Shown piece by piece: positions 38,464 through 49,335 of a DNA stretch of 64,000 nt; within the stretch, counting starts at the first letter, position 1; every line of letters starts with the position of its first letter. The notes below the pieces were generated by a model. That model did no database searches, was not told where the DNA came from, and saw only the letters and a program-made list of their open reading frames with translations. The DNA comes from Spirochaetia bacterium (GTDB taxonomy: Bacteria; Spirochaetota; Spirochaetia; SZUA-6; Bin103): NCBI GenBank assembly GCA_965198005.1, contig CBDAOI010000004.1, positions 1,728,001-1,792,000 on the forward strand, given 5' to 3'. Both the position numbers and the translations under genes were made by a program.

Positions 38464-39135
38464 ATGATCAAGGTTGTGATATTCGACCTAGACGATACGC
38501 TTTTCTTAGAGCGAGACTACGTGATGAGCGGCTACCGTGCTGTAGCCTCCCACGTGACGCACACCACCGGTATCGCCACTGACGTCCTTTTCAGGTTCCT
38601 TGAAACTGGATTCGATGAGAATCGACGTACCGACAACTTTCAACGATTGATAGACCACTTCAATATTCCTGCCGACGTGGACGATCTTATTGCTGTCTAC
38701 CGAAATCATACTCCAGATATCACATTGCCCATCGATTCATCAAATGCACTGACTGAGCTTCGTCCCAGATTCCGATTAGGAATGATCACCGATGGTCGTC
38801 CGAACACTCAGGCTACGAAGCTGGATGTACTAGGCATTACCCATTACTTTGAAAGGATCATCATTAACGATCTCGATCTCGGACAATCGAAGCTCGACCC
38901 CTATTCGTTCTGCGATATGATAGCATACTTTGCGGTACATCCTTGCGAAGCCGTGTACGTTGGAGATAACGCAACGAAGGATTTTGTCTGGCCACTCAGA
39001 CTCGGAATGAAATGTGTCTGGATTTGCCGGGCACAAAGTCTCTACGGAACCACTGGTCCCGCAAGTCACTCTGAAGATGTCAAGAGGATTGTCTCACTCG
39101 ATGAACTGTTGTCGTACGTGGACGCACTAGGATGA
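38464..39135 (+). CDS. HAD-family hydrolase
   Basis: FDLDDTL, ITDG and YVGDNATKD. Confidence 0.9.
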   Translation: MIKVVIFDLDDTLFLERDYVMSGYRAVASHVTHTTGIATDVLFRFLETGFDENRRTDNFQRLIDHFNIPADVDDLIAVYRNHTPDITLPIDSSNALTELRPRFRLGMITDGRPNTQATKLDVLGITHYFERIIINDLDLGQSKLDPYSFCDMIAYFAVHPCEAVYVGDNATKDFVWPLRLGMKCVWICRAQSLYGTTGPASHSEDVKRIVSLDELLSYVDALG

Positions 39136-40094
39136 CCTTCCAACGAACTAATGTGCTCATTCTTCCGGTTGGGTCCGGGATGGCAGTCGCCGCTATCCAG
39201 GCGATACGACATGACAAATCTATTCGCCTGGTGGGCGCTGATTTGAACCCGTTGGCCGCCGGGATGTACCTGGTTGACAAAGCATACGTCGTTCCCCTTC
39301 TCCGTGCCGGGAATTTCTTCCAATCACTGTACGATATCATAGCGAGCGAAGGCATCGCGGTAGTGATACCGGCACTCGATCAGTTTCTTTTGCCCTTCTC
39401 TCGTAGACGACTAGAAATCGAACAATTGGGGGCCCAGTTGGTCGTATCACCTAGTGAAAGTATCATGATTACCCGTGACAAATGGAAGACCTATTGTCTC
39501 TTAAAAGAACGTGTGCCAGTGCCGAGATCTTGGATAGACCCAAAGGAGATAGATTCCGCGTTTCCGCTGTTTCTTAAACCTCGGTATGGCTCGGGGTCCG
39601 TGGACACCTTTCGAGTGAATAGTATAGAGGAACTCAACTACCAAATCGCTCATGTCGAACGTCCCATAATCCAAGAGTTCTTACCCGGTGATGAATACAC
39701 GGTAGATTGTCTTGCAGACGAAGACGGACGGCTGCTGGTTTCTATTCCAAGGAAGCGAATAGAAACAAAGGCGGGCGTGTGCACCAAAAGTCAGACCGTA
39801 GCGGACGACGGTCTCAACAATATGGCTACAATCATTAGTTCAGTCGTCCGATTTAGTGGTCCGTTTTTTTTTCAGGCGAAGGAGGACGTTAGAGGCGTCC
39901 CGCGTCTAACCGAAATCAACGCAAGAATGTCGGGCACCATGTCACTGTCTAGCGCAGCCGGGTGGAACATCCATCTCAACGCTATCCGTCTTGCTCTAGG
40001 GAAGTCGACTACGGGTGGTCCTATCGTGTATGGAAGGTACGTTTCACGATACTGGAAAGACGTGTATATCGACGAGCGGGACATGATGACATAA
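39132..40094 (+). CDS. ATP-grasp domain protein (carbamoyl-phosphate synthase-like)
   Basis: DKWKT, FLKPRYGSGS, IIQEFLPGDEYTVD and EINAR. Confidence 0.88.
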   Translation: MTFQRTNVLILPVGSGMAVAAIQAIRHDKSIRLVGADLNPLAAGMYLVDKAYVVPLLRAGNFFQSLYDIIASEGIAVVIPALDQFLLPFSRRRLEIEQLGAQLVVSPSESIMITRDKWKTYCLLKERVPVPRSWIDPKEIDSAFPLFLKPRYGSGSVDTFRVNSIEELNYQIAHVERPIIQEFLPGDEYTVDCLADEDGRLLVSIPRKRIETKAGVCTKSQTVADDGLNNMATIISSVVRFSGPFFFQAKEDVRGVPRLTEINARMSGTMSLSSAAGWNIHLNAIRLALGKSTTGGPIVYGRYVSRYWKDVYIDERDMMT

Positions 40095-40097
40095 CGA

Positions 40098-40775
40098 CTA
40101 ATCTAACTCGCGCCATCCCGGAGGTAGTTCCGGCAATAGAGTTCGATGTAATCTACTCTGAGGAAAGATCACACGAGCAGCAGTAATCAGAATGATTCTC
40201 AAGTCAAGTCCGATATTCTTTCGTTCTCCGTACCACAGCTCCAGAGATCCCTTCAAAGGCATGATGTCTTCGCGATATGTCCGATATACGTCGTTCTGTG
40301 AGTCGGAGAGAAGCGCCTCCTCATTCCGAAATATTACGGACGCTAGTCCTGTGATTCCAGGCTTAGTATGGGCATAGATTTGCTCTTGAACGTCCTCCGG
40401 ATACATACGGAACCCCTCATCAACAAGCGGACGCGGGCCAACGATGGACATGTCTCCGAGAAGGACGTTGATCAACTGTGGCAACTCGTTGATCTTTGTA
40501 GCTCGAAGAACGCGTCCGATCGGCAGGACCCTTGGATCACCCTGGAAGGTCACACTTCCGAGCTCGTCAGATCCTTTGCGCATGCTTGTGAACTTGAAGA
40601 TTCGAAACGGCCGATTACGATACCCGATACGGTATTGCGTATAGATCACCTCATGGTCCCCAGTCATCTTCAGCATGATTGCGACTATCAAGAACAGCGG
40701 TAGCAACAGTATCAATGCGGAAACTGCGACCGCAATGTCAATTACACGCTTGATTAGATCGTATCGGCTATTCAT
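40098..40775 (-). CDS. Priming sugar transferase (bacterial sugar transferase family)
   Basis: KRVIDI, FKFTSM, KINELPQLINVLLGDMSIVGPRP and KPGITG. Confidence 0.93.
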   Translation of the reverse strand: MNSRYDLIKRVIDIAVAVSALILLLPLFLIVAIMLKMTGDHEVIYTQYRIGYRNRPFRIFKFTSMRKGSDELGSVTFQGDPRVLPIGRVLRATKINELPQLINVLLGDMSIVGPRPLVDEGFRMYPEDVQEQIYAHTKPGITGLASVIFRNEEALLSDSQNDVYRTYREDIMPLKGSLELWYGERKNIGLDLRIILITAARVIFPQSRLHRTLLPELPPGWRELD

Positions 40776-40805
40776 CGTATGGGTATGGAAGCATGTGCTG
40801 TCGTT

Positions 40806-41903
40806 CTAACGCTCACTTACGTCGACAAGAGCCGCTATAGTGGCTTCGATTTCTGCCGGTCCATTAACCGTAGAGCTTGGCAAGTTCAGACCGTGGCTGA
40901 ATAGTCGTCTTGCGTGGGGATAATCGCCGGTTGCATATTGGCGATAGGGAGGGAACTCAACGATCGGCGGGAACAACCGTCTCGTCGGTACGTCCCTCGC
41001 CCGAAGGTCAGCCTGAATTTCGGAGATATCGTGCCGGGAATCCACGGTGACCGAGGTAAGCCACCAGGAACTGCATCCCAGGCGAGGCTCCTGCTGCAGC
41101 GTGATACCGTCCACCCCTGAAAAACCCTCGCGATACAGTCGTGCATACTCTCGTTTCTTATCAAGAAAATCCGGAAGCCGCGAGAGTTGTGCCAAACCGA
41201 GAGATGCTTCCAGATTCGTCATCGATAGATTGTAGCCGATCTCAGTGTGATAATAGCCCCTGCTTACATCTCTCGCTTGATTGATGATGTGCCGAATATG
41301 GGATTCATCGCTCGTATCGGAAGCGACGATCATGCCCCCCCCACCGGTTGTGATGACCTTGTTACCGTTAAAGCTGAATACACCAAACCGTCCAAAAGCG
41401 CCGGTCATCCTGTCGTCCAGACTTGCCCCCAGACTCTCCGCCGCATCTTCTACCACCACACAGTCGTGACGGGCCGCAAGGGTCATGATCTCTCTCATGC
41501 AGCATGGGTTGCCGTACAAATGCACAGGAAGGATCGCCTTTGTCCGATCAGTAATCGCGGCCGCGACCGCGCTCGGATCGATGTTCCACGTCTCTGGATG
41601 AACATCGACAAACACCGGGCGTGCACCCACACGCACTACCGGGTTTGCAGAGGCAACAAACGTCATTATCGGCAAGATCACCTCGTCTCCGGGACCCACA
41701 TCCGCTTGGAGCAACGCCAGGTACAGCCCCTCCGTGCCGCTCTGCACTGCGATCGCGGAGCGTACTCCAAGGTAATCGGCAAACCTGCTCTCGAAGTCAG
41801 ACACAAACGGCCCGAACGTCGAGACGTAGCCCGAGTCGATACAGCGAACGAGCGCTTCTTTTTCTATCTCACCTAGGTTGGGGGAGTCGAGAACTATATC
41901 CAT
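40806..41903 (-). CDS. DegT/DnrJ/EryC1/StrS aminotransferase (LegC/PerA-like)
   Basis: VHLYG, EDAAESLG, SFNGNKVITTGGGG and LNLPS. Confidence 0.92.
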   Translation of the reverse strand: MDIVLDSPNLGEIEKEALVRCIDSGYVSTFGPFVSDFESRFADYLGVRSAIAVQSGTEGLYLALLQADVGPGDEVILPIMTFVASANPVVRVGARPVFVDVHPETWNIDPSAVAAAITDRTKAILPVHLYGNPCCMREIMTLAARHDCVVVEDAAESLGASLDDRMTGAFGRFGVFSFNGNKVITTGGGGMIVASDTSDESHIRHIINQARDVSRGYYHTEIGYNLSMTNLEASLGLAQLSRLPDFLDKKREYARLYREGFSGVDGITLQQEPRLGCSSWWLTSVTVDSRHDISEIQADLRARDVPTRRLFPPIVEFPPYRQYATGDYPHARRLFSHGLNLPSSTVNGPAEIEATIAALVDVSER

Positions 41904-41907
41904 AACG

Positions 41908-42864
41908 TTAGTTCACGAACTCCGAGCTTGAAAAGTCCGTGATCATACCGTCTCCTAGCATACGCGCAATCTCCACAATCCCATCCGTGACTGTATAGTC
42001 GGTCGAGAACCCTGCTCCAAAAATCTTCTCGAAACTTACTCGGTAGTCACGTGGATCGTGACCCCGATCAACGTATTCGACTGTAAACTCGCCAATGTAA
42101 TCCCGAATCATTTCCACGATTTGGACCTTTTCGTAGTTTTCTGCTGTGTTGCCGACGTTAAATACTTCCCCATGCGAGTCTAGGCCGGACAACGTCACAT
42201 ATTTGATCGCCCTCGCTGCGTCGCCCACATGGATGTAAGGACGGTTGCTGTGGGGGAGATACACTTCAAGGCGGCCTTCGGTAATAGCCTTCATCGTGAA
42301 ATCGTTCACCGTCAGATCGAAGCGCGGTCGCGGCGACAACCCATACAACGTGGCAAACCGTAGGATTGTCCACTCAGTATCTCCCAGACCCACGTCCATC
42401 AACTCCCGTTCAATCTCCACCTTGGATTCGGCATACAGAGAAAGGGGGCGAAGCACAGTCTCCTCGACAGCCAACTCACCACGAGGTACGATGCCGTAGT
42501 TGCTACAGGTCGACACGAATACGAACTTTGCTGCACCGCGATCACGAGCCAATCGAAACAACAGACGCGTGCCTTCGATATTTGTTGCTCGAGTCTCCTC
42601 GGGCAATCTTCGGCTGGCCGGATCTCCCACAATAGCAGCCAGGTGGACGATAGCGGAGCTCTCATCGACGTCCTGAGCAAACCGGTCCGTCTGCGCAATG
42701 CTCGATTTCACGAACCGGAACCGATCGTGCTCCAACAGAGGAATAATCGACCGCCCCCCGTAGAGCAAATCATCCACACCAATGACGGAATGACCCTCGT
42801 TGACAAGCTGGTAGCACAACACAGACCCAAGATATCCAGCGCACCCCGTGATGATATACTTCAC
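41908..42864 (-). CDS. NAD-dependent epimerase/dehydratase
   Basis: TGCAGYLG, HLAAIVGDP, STCSNYG, YAESK and RFDLTVN. Confidence 0.9.
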   Translation of the reverse strand: MKYIITGCAGYLGSVLCYQLVNEGHSVIGVDDLLYGGRSIIPLLEHDRFRFVKSSIAQTDRFAQDVDESSAIVHLAAIVGDPASRRLPEETRATNIEGTRLLFRLARDRGAAKFVFVSTCSNYGIVPRGELAVEETVLRPLSLYAESKVEIERELMDVGLGDTEWTILRFATLYGLSPRPRFDLTVNDFTMKAITEGRLEVYLPHSNRPYIHVGDAARAIKYVTLSGLDSHGEVFNVGNTAENYEKVQIVEMIRDYIGEFTVEYVDRGHDPRDYRVSFEKIFGAGFSTDYTVTDGIVEIARMLGDGMITDFSSSEFVN

Positions 42865-42896
42865 GAATACTCCCATTCAACTTGGTTGAGTAACAC

Positions 42897-44129
42897 CTAC
42901 TCCGCTTCCCGTTTGGAACTGGAAGGTAGAGGTGCTACAGAACGAATCACTTCAAGCACTTTTTCAGATAGTCGATCCCGATGAAACGCTTGTTCGGCGA
43001 GCTTCCGTGCATTCCTCCCACACTTAACTATCCTTTCTCTGTCCGAGAGAAAGCGTGCCAACATCGCAGCCGCCGTTCCCGGCGAATCTGGTGGCAATAC
43101 GAGTCCAAGGTCATGCTTATCAATAAGATCAGCCTGCCAACCCCTATAATTGATGGCGATAGGTCGTCCCGCGGCCAGAGCATCGAAGAACTTGTTCGCA
43201 GAATTATCCCACAGTTCCGGCAGATCGACGAACACCGAGAGGGCTAGCGAGCATTCTTCGAGCAACTTGGCAATCTCCTTTTTCGGAACTGACCTCCTCA
43301 GGAAGACTGTCCGATTCAAGACGCCGAGCTGCTCTGCGCGATTCCGAATCAGGTCAAACTCCTTACCATCTCCGACGATGAGAAAATGCACATCCCGAGT
43401 CAGCGATCGCATCTCCGCCGCGACGTCGACTATGTACGAGACACCGTTCGCTTGCCCGAGCGTCCCTGCGTAGAGGCACATCGCGCGATCTGCGAGCTCG
43501 GGTTCGTTTGGTGCCCGACCGTCGGACTGAGAGCCGAACAGCTCTACATCACAGCCATTGGGAACCACTGCGATCTCATAGGGATGGACCCCCACTTTCG
43601 TTACGCCACGTGCCATGCCCGGCGACAGGGCGATGATGCGGTCGGCTCTCCGGTATGCGAATCGCTCAAGCCAATGAGCTATGAGACGACTCAGGGGATC
43701 TCGGATGATACGCATCGCGATCGGTATGGCCGGCCACAGGTCACGAACCTCGAATACAATCGGAGCACCGGTCCGCAGCTTGGCATAGGCAGCAGGCAGT
43801 GCGATGGTCAGAGGGGTACTGGTGGCGAATACGATATCAGGCCGGATACCCACAACTCTTGGCCCTGCCCTCAGTGCGAATTCAAAGAACGCACGAATTC
43901 TGGCCGCAGATCCCATGTCATTCTCGTACGGAACCGCTACCTCGTGCACGATGATGCCGTTCACCTCACGCACGTGCCAACGGGTGTGAGACCGCTCCCG
44001 CGCCTGGACGCTCGTGACTATGTGTACCTCTTCGCCAGCGCATACCCAACGCCTGGCGAACTCATAGGAACGCGTCCCACCCGCCTGGCCCGGTGTGACG
44101 AAGTACTGATGTAGATATGCAATGCGCAC
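42897..44129 (-). CDS. Glycosyltransferase family 4 (WbuB-like)
   Basis: HQYF.TP..GGTRSYE, ATSTPL, EVRDLWP and NKFFDALAAG. Confidence 0.9.
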   Translation of the reverse strand: MRIAYLHQYFVTPGQAGGTRSYEFARRWVCAGEEVHIVTSVQARERSHTRWHVREVNGIIVHEVAVPYENDMGSAARIRAFFEFALRAGPRVVGIRPDIVFATSTPLTIALPAAYAKLRTGAPIVFEVRDLWPAIPIAMRIIRDPLSRLIAHWLERFAYRRADRIIALSPGMARGVTKVGVHPYEIAVVPNGCDVELFGSQSDGRAPNEPELADRAMCLYAGTLGQANGVSYIVDVAAEMRSLTRDVHFLIVGDGKEFDLIRNRAEQLGVLNRTVFLRRSVPKKEIAKLLEECSLALSVFVDLPELWDNSANKFFDALAAGRPIAINYRGWQADLIDKHDLGLVLPPDSPGTAAAMLARFLSDRERIVKCGRNARKLAEQAFHRDRLSEKVLEVIRSVAPLPSSSKREAE

Positions 44130-44376
44130 GAGCTAGCCGTAGGATACGTGCGTTAGGCGGACCAGTCAATCACGTAGATTGGGCATAGCCCAGCCTAGCC
44201 CGCAGATTGTACCATGGGATCCCGTCTCACGCTGCCACATAGTCAGTCACACGTGCTATCGTTCCTCCTGTACGATGTTATCAACACTCGGGCACCGAGT
44301 CCACAGTGTAAACCTCCGCTGGTGAATCACCTTATCCTCAATTATCCCCGCACCGGAGCCGACGGATGTTGGCGAA

Positions 44377-45348
44377 TCACGATAGCATCACGAGTGCGCT
44401 GGGAAATAAGAACACCGGTATCACCAGAATGCCATACGCGAGGGTAGCGATCTCTACTCCTCGGAGCCGCAACGCACGATGGTGTCTATACAGATCCGTG
44501 AGTATCACAACGAGAAACATCATGGCCACTCGCTCGAACTGTGCGGAGCCGAGAATGACTATCGCCGGCACAAACCCGATGAAATTCAAGAGAGCAGCCA
44601 TGTGTATGCCTGATATGCGTCCCAGATTAGCATATGTGACGATCAGCCCAATGGTGCCTACCAGCGCAACGTAGAGGTACTCTGTGTTGAGTCCCGTGGC
44701 ACTATAAGACTTGCGAAGTACAGGAAAGAGAATCCACATAAGAATCACGCCTACAAGTGTTATCAGCGGTCCATATTGACGTCGACTACCAGGGCGTACG
44801 TCTAACCAATACCCGAACAGTAACGCTGTAGAGTTATGCGCCAAAATCGAAAGAACATATAGTCCCACCGCAGTACGCTGACCACGAGCACGGGCTGCCA
44901 AAGCCCATAGTAAGATTGCGAATGCTACGTGTTGTCGGAATACATTCTGTTGTCCCAGAAGCAACACATATGAGCTGATGATAGTTGGCGCAAAGGAGAG
45001 CATACGATTGTCGCCATCGTCAAACTTCCTCATGGCATGGATGACAACTAACGCACTTGCGATGTCGATAAGTATGAAGGTAACGACCCGGCTTCCTGTG
45101 AGCTGATAGAGGAAGGACGATCCGAACCAGACTATCGGCTCACGCAACCAATAGAGCCCAAGAGGCGGAGGCCCGGTCTCGGCCGATGTGTAGTACAGAC
45201 CCATATCCCACGTTGTCTCTGGTGATAGCCGGGCGACGAGTGAATAGAGCACGAACAGAACGAACCAGCAGCCAACGACACGCGGTCTTCTGGCAACCAA
45301 TGCGATGCCCGAGCCAACGGCCATTACCACATAAGCAATTAGCTCCAC
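44377..45348 (-). CDS. EpsG/Wzy-like polysaccharide polymerase
   Basis: Multi-TM protein in a glycan operon; DM..Y, REP, NVFRQ and HNS motifs. Confidence 0.7.
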   Translation of the reverse strand: MELIAYVVMAVGSGIALVARRPRVVGCWFVLFVLYSLVARLSPETTWDMGLYYTSAETGPPPLGLYWLREPIVWFGSSFLYQLTGSRVVTFILIDIASALVVIHAMRKFDDGDNRMLSFAPTIISSYVLLLGQQNVFRQHVAFAILLWALAARARGQRTAVGLYVLSILAHNSTALLFGYWLDVRPGSRRQYGPLITLVGVILMWILFPVLRKSYSATGLNTEYLYVALVGTIGLIVTYANLGRISGIHMAALLNFIGFVPAIVILGSAQFERVAMMFLVVILTDLYRHHRALRLRGVEIATLAYGILVIPVFLFPSALVMLS

Positions 45349-45357
45349 ACGTACTCC

Positions 45358-46470
45358 TCAGGTCCTCGGTGAGCCTGCACTGCGCCTGGAAAGGCTACGT
45401 AGATCTGCGGCCATCCGGTCGTACCACACGGCGCTACGAAAGAACTCTCCTCGCCCTCGGGCTCCCCTGCGCAACCTTTGATACAAAGCAGGATCGTCTA
45501 TGAGACGCTCGATCGCCTCCTTCACTGCCGCTGCCGACCGGGGCTCCACCAGCAACCCGCTTTTCTCGTGCTCGACGATCTCGGGAATCCCCGCCCAGCG
45601 CGTCGCGATCACCGGCGTGCCGCACTGCAACGCTTCCAGGACCACACCAGGATACCCCTCCGTTTCCCAATAGCTCGGAAACAGCAACACGTCGTGGTCC
45701 GCGAGCACGTGCGGCACGCCTGCCGGACTCAACACGCCTCGATAAGTGGCCCTACTGTTGGCCTCGAACAAAGAAAGATTAGTATCGGGCATTTGCGGCC
45801 CAAATACATTAAGGTGACAGTCGGCGGGCAGGTGACGACAGGCTTCAACTGCCTCGCCAAGTCCCTTTCTCATGTTTAGTCGCGAGAAGAAAAGCAGTCT
45901 TGTCATTCGTTCACGCGTCCGTATAACGGGGGCGTACACATCTCTCGTATTCGGAAACCAGCGGAAATTATCCCTACCACGAAAGCGACGGTAGATCGCT
46001 TCCGTTTGCACGAACACGAGGGCGCACCTCATGTATGTTTTCTCAGCCCACCAGCGGCTGAGGGTCCCGTAGCTCTCATATTTGAACCCAAAATCGCCGC
46101 CAAAAAACCGCAGCACCATGGGCCGACGACCAACTCTACAGATAGCCCATATACACGACGCTGCCAGCCACGCGCGGCCGGCGGAGGTGTTGAAGAAGAT
46201 CACGTGATTCCGTTTCATTTCCTTTATCACTCGCCAGACTATCTTAAGAAACGTGAGCAGATCCCGCTGCATTACTCTCCCTCTCGATATCAGGATCCTT
46301 GGTCGTGATGAATCCAGCACATCCAAATCGAAGTCTCGCTTACGCAATTGCCGTACCATTTCCGCGAAGTTTACCGCACCGCCTCCGATTGGCCGGTCCG
46401 CTGTGGTCACGTGGGGCGGCAACGGACCGACGATCAGAATCCTGCAACGATTGCCCTCCTGCGAAATCAT
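45358..46470 (-). CDS. Glycosyltransferase family 4
   Basis: KGLGE and FPSYWETEGYPGVVLEALQCGTPVIAT. Confidence 0.9.
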   Translation of the reverse strand: MISQEGNRCRILIVGPLPPHVTTADRPIGGGAVNFAEMVRQLRKRDFDLDVLDSSRPRILISRGRVMQRDLLTFLKIVWRVIKEMKRNHVIFFNTSAGRAWLAASCIWAICRVGRRPMVLRFFGGDFGFKYESYGTLSRWWAEKTYMRCALVFVQTEAIYRRFRGRDNFRWFPNTRDVYAPVIRTRERMTRLLFFSRLNMRKGLGEAVEACRHLPADCHLNVFGPQMPDTNLSLFEANSRATYRGVLSPAGVPHVLADHDVLLFPSYWETEGYPGVVLEALQCGTPVIATRWAGIPEIVEHEKSGLLVEPRSAAAVKEAIERLIDDPALYQRLRRGARGRGEFFRSAVWYDRMAADLRSLSRRSAGSPRT

Positions 46471-46539
46471 GACGAGAGATGGCTGTCTCCTATCCCAATT
46501 TTCACTATTGCCGTGTCGCTGCCGACTGCGCGGACAACT

Positions 46540-47475
46540 CTACCTAGTCCACAAGGCGGGCTGCTGACCGTCCTCGAATAGATCCCCCAACCACAACTCG
46601 GCAGCGTCGGGCTGAATCAGTTCATGACCTCCGCCATGGCAGTTCGTCAGCTCGCCTACCTTCACATCGGTGTCGCTTGCATACATGTCGACCCGTATTG
46701 AGGAGAACGGCTCCGATAGACGCCTCGCCAACTCAAGCATCAACTCCAAATGCCGTGGCCGCGCGTCGTCCTCGACCCCCGCCGGGTGTTTTACCGTCAA
46801 CTTAAGCCGGTTCCACGACGTATCGTAGAAGTTCCTCGTCTGTTTCACAAAGCGACCGGAATCTACCTCTATGAGCTTCGGACAACCGTGAAAGCAAAAG
46901 ACTTTGTAATCCCGCGGCACCCTACCCTCGGGGCCAGAAAAATATTCCTCCACAATGATCTTACGTTCCAGGTAGCGATAGTTTCCCTCACGAGTTCGTC
47001 TGTACCATCCTCGTCGGAGCCATTTCTTAAGCGTCCTCCGGTCCACATTTGAGTTCGAATCAAGCTGAAACAGCACCTGACCTCCGCTTAGATGTGTGGG
47101 CTTGAAAACGCACGGCAGATCATTTGGAACGAACCGACCGATTTCCGAATCACTTCTGAGCACGGCTATTGTGCGCAGCGTATGCGCTCCACCGACCACC
47201 GCCGCGATATACTGCTTTGCATATTCCTTATCTGTAATATATTGTCGGAGCGGATCGAATAACGATCCATCCAACTTCATCTTCAGAAGACGCTCATTGA
47301 ACCGCGCTGGGTTTCGGACACGAGGGATACGTCGCATCCAGAGCATATATTCCATCAACGCGAAATTCCGATCACCCCATCTCGTGGTCGGTAGCACCGT
47401 TCGGAGCGCAAAGATCATCGCCCGCACGATCAAAGGCGGTAGCAGCGGGTCTGAACGAAACACACCGGTTGTCAT
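46540..47475 (-). CDS. TupA-like ATP-grasp amidoligase
   Basis: DKEYAKQY, KPTHLSG, IIVEEY, DYKVFCFHG, RVDMY and GELT. Confidence 0.88.
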   Translation of the reverse strand: MTTGVFRSDPLLPPLIVRAMIFALRTVLPTTRWGDRNFALMEYMLWMRRIPRVRNPARFNERLLKMKLDGSLFDPLRQYITDKEYAKQYIAAVVGGAHTLRTIAVLRSDSEIGRFVPNDLPCVFKPTHLSGGQVLFQLDSNSNVDRRTLKKWLRRGWYRRTREGNYRYLERKIIVEEYFSGPEGRVPRDYKVFCFHGCPKLIEVDSGRFVKQTRNFYDTSWNRLKLTVKHPAGVEDDARPRHLELMLELARRLSEPFSSIRVDMYASDTDVKVGELTNCHGGGHELIQPDAAELWLGDLFEDGQQPALWTR

Positions 47476-47580
47476 AACGCCACCTGATGTTCAACGTTTC
47501 CCAGCGTCGGCCGACGGTGCTCGTAGCTGCCGAAGCACGACCACTGTATCGAGCCGGCCCACCACGTCACGAACGGTACA

Positions 47581-49128
47581 TCAACACATCGCATCCCGCC
47601 ACCCCTGCGGAATGTCGAACTCAAGATTCCGCACCTTGGAAACCCGTGTCCTGCGACCGTCTTCCACAATTACCAAATCCTCAAGCGTCAGCGACGAGTC
47701 CGACAACCGACTTTTCTCGTGGACCATGCCATGACGTAGAAGTGGCACCTTCATGGGATCCAAGCCCATCAGTTTCGCACCGCATATGTCGACCAGGAGA
47801 GGATTGAGCCCTCCTAGTACGACACCTGCCTCCTTTGGAGTCGGCCGAAGGGGACCGTATCCCTCCCCCGCGATCACACCGTCGACTATGTGCAGCACTT
47901 TTCTAAGTGCTGTCACCTCCAGTCGTTGTGTATCGACATCGTAGAAATACAGCGCATTGTTCAGATCCAATGTCGTTCTCGGAATGGTGTCGTTTCCCGA
48001 CCAACCACCATTAAACATGCCCGCAGCCGCTTCATTTCCCGCGATTGGCAAAAGTCTCGCGACGCGTCGAAGAATACCCAAGAACAGTGACTGCGACATA
48101 TTGCGCACCCGTGATCGTTCCGCAGACTGCATCCAATAGTCATCGTTCACGCGATTCACTAGTGGCATGACGTGATTTCGTTGGCGGTGTTGATCCCCTC
48201 CCGATCCCGGAAACCCGTTGATGTGGTGTGGCAGGTACTCCTTATTCCCATTGATCCCAACAAGGTTCTTTAATGCTCCGGTGATACCCGCCTTTATGTG
48301 ACACTTGAGTTTCGGCACGTTAACGATAAAGTCCGCTGACAGAATGGAATTCGACACGAGATACTCGTGCGTCGTTCTGTTATGATGCTCGTTCATCAGC
48401 CGGTGATCATAGTTAGCGACGCGGAACCTCCTGAACCTGTGCTGCACGTCCGTGAGCAGACTCTCATGCGCAAGATCGATCATAGCGTAGCCACGTGGGT
48501 CGCCACTTTGCGACACCTGCTTTTCGATGCCCAGCACCCGCTGGTTAGGATTGCGCAAGACGGTCTTACGTAGGTCAAGTACCGAGAAATATATTCCGGG
48601 AAACCGCTCCCGATATTCGTCGACCAACTCTTTGATGAGACTTCGTCTTGTGAGTTCTTGGAAGTCACAGTCTTGCAGAGGGGCATCTGCGATCTCGATC
48701 GTTCCATATCGATCCAGAGCTCGTATCAAATAGTCCATTACTACTCGAATCACCGAAGTATGAGTAATCAGGGATTCGATCTCTTGTGTATCTGACTGAT
48801 TGGCGTGGAGCACCCAATTCGGCTTGATCACGGCCCTCTGACCTGGTGCGATATAGCTCCGGAACGGGTTCCATGCAGAGCCGCCAAAGTTGTCCCGATC
48901 AAGCTGGAGGTCTGCAAGGAGATTGCGTACAGCTTCGTAAACGAGATTAGTGGGGTCCGTCTGCGCACAAATCCCGCATAGCTCCGGATACAGTTCCGGA
49001 GGACAATAAGGATACTCCGGATACGCGACTACGCTGACATGGCGTATCGCTACATGTGTCGCGCAGTTGTTGTCAAACGTAGTTCCGATTCTTTCCTGGT
49101 GCCGGTGACCTTGGGGCAATGCGTTCAT
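47581..49128 (-). CDS. DUF362 domain protein
   Basis: VIKPNWVLH, ITH.SV, NVPKLKCHIKAGITGALKNLVG and DGVIAGEGYGP. Confidence 0.85.
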   Translation of the reverse strand: MNALPQGHRHQERIGTTFDNNCATHVAIRHVSVVAYPEYPYCPPELYPELCGICAQTDPTNLVYEAVRNLLADLQLDRDNFGGSAWNPFRSYIAPGQRAVIKPNWVLHANQSDTQEIESLITHTSVIRVVMDYLIRALDRYGTIEIADAPLQDCDFQELTRRSLIKELVDEYRERFPGIYFSVLDLRKTVLRNPNQRVLGIEKQVSQSGDPRGYAMIDLAHESLLTDVQHRFRRFRVANYDHRLMNEHHNRTTHEYLVSNSILSADFIVNVPKLKCHIKAGITGALKNLVGINGNKEYLPHHINGFPGSGGDQHRQRNHVMPLVNRVNDDYWMQSAERSRVRNMSQSLFLGILRRVARLLPIAGNEAAAGMFNGGWSGNDTIPRTTLDLNNALYFYDVDTQRLEVTALRKVLHIVDGVIAGEGYGPLRPTPKEAGVVLGGLNPLLVDICGAKLMGLDPMKVPLLRHGMVHEKSRLSDSSLTLEDLVIVEDGRRTRVSKVRNLEFDIPQGWRDAMC

Positions 49129-49190
49129 GTTAATTTCCCTACTTCGTTTCTTATCATAAGTTCTTCCGTCCTTTTGGTCGGACGAAGAAT

Positions 49191-49219
49191 ACTCTATAGT
49201 GTGTCGAGTTGTTTGTCAA
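49191..49219 (-). promoter_or_regulatory. Putative sigma70 promoter upstream of the DUF362 gene
   Basis: Minus strand TTGACA (49219-49214), 17-bp spacer, TAGAGT (49196-49191). Confidence 0.5.
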
Positions 49220-49335
49220 CCCCTGGAAATCCACACTAATCCACACTGGCCGACTGGTGCAAGTTGCTCATCGCGTTCCACAGCGGTACCGCGACTTCCC
49301 GAGAACTGGAAGGAGCTGCTGCTAGACCTTCGTAA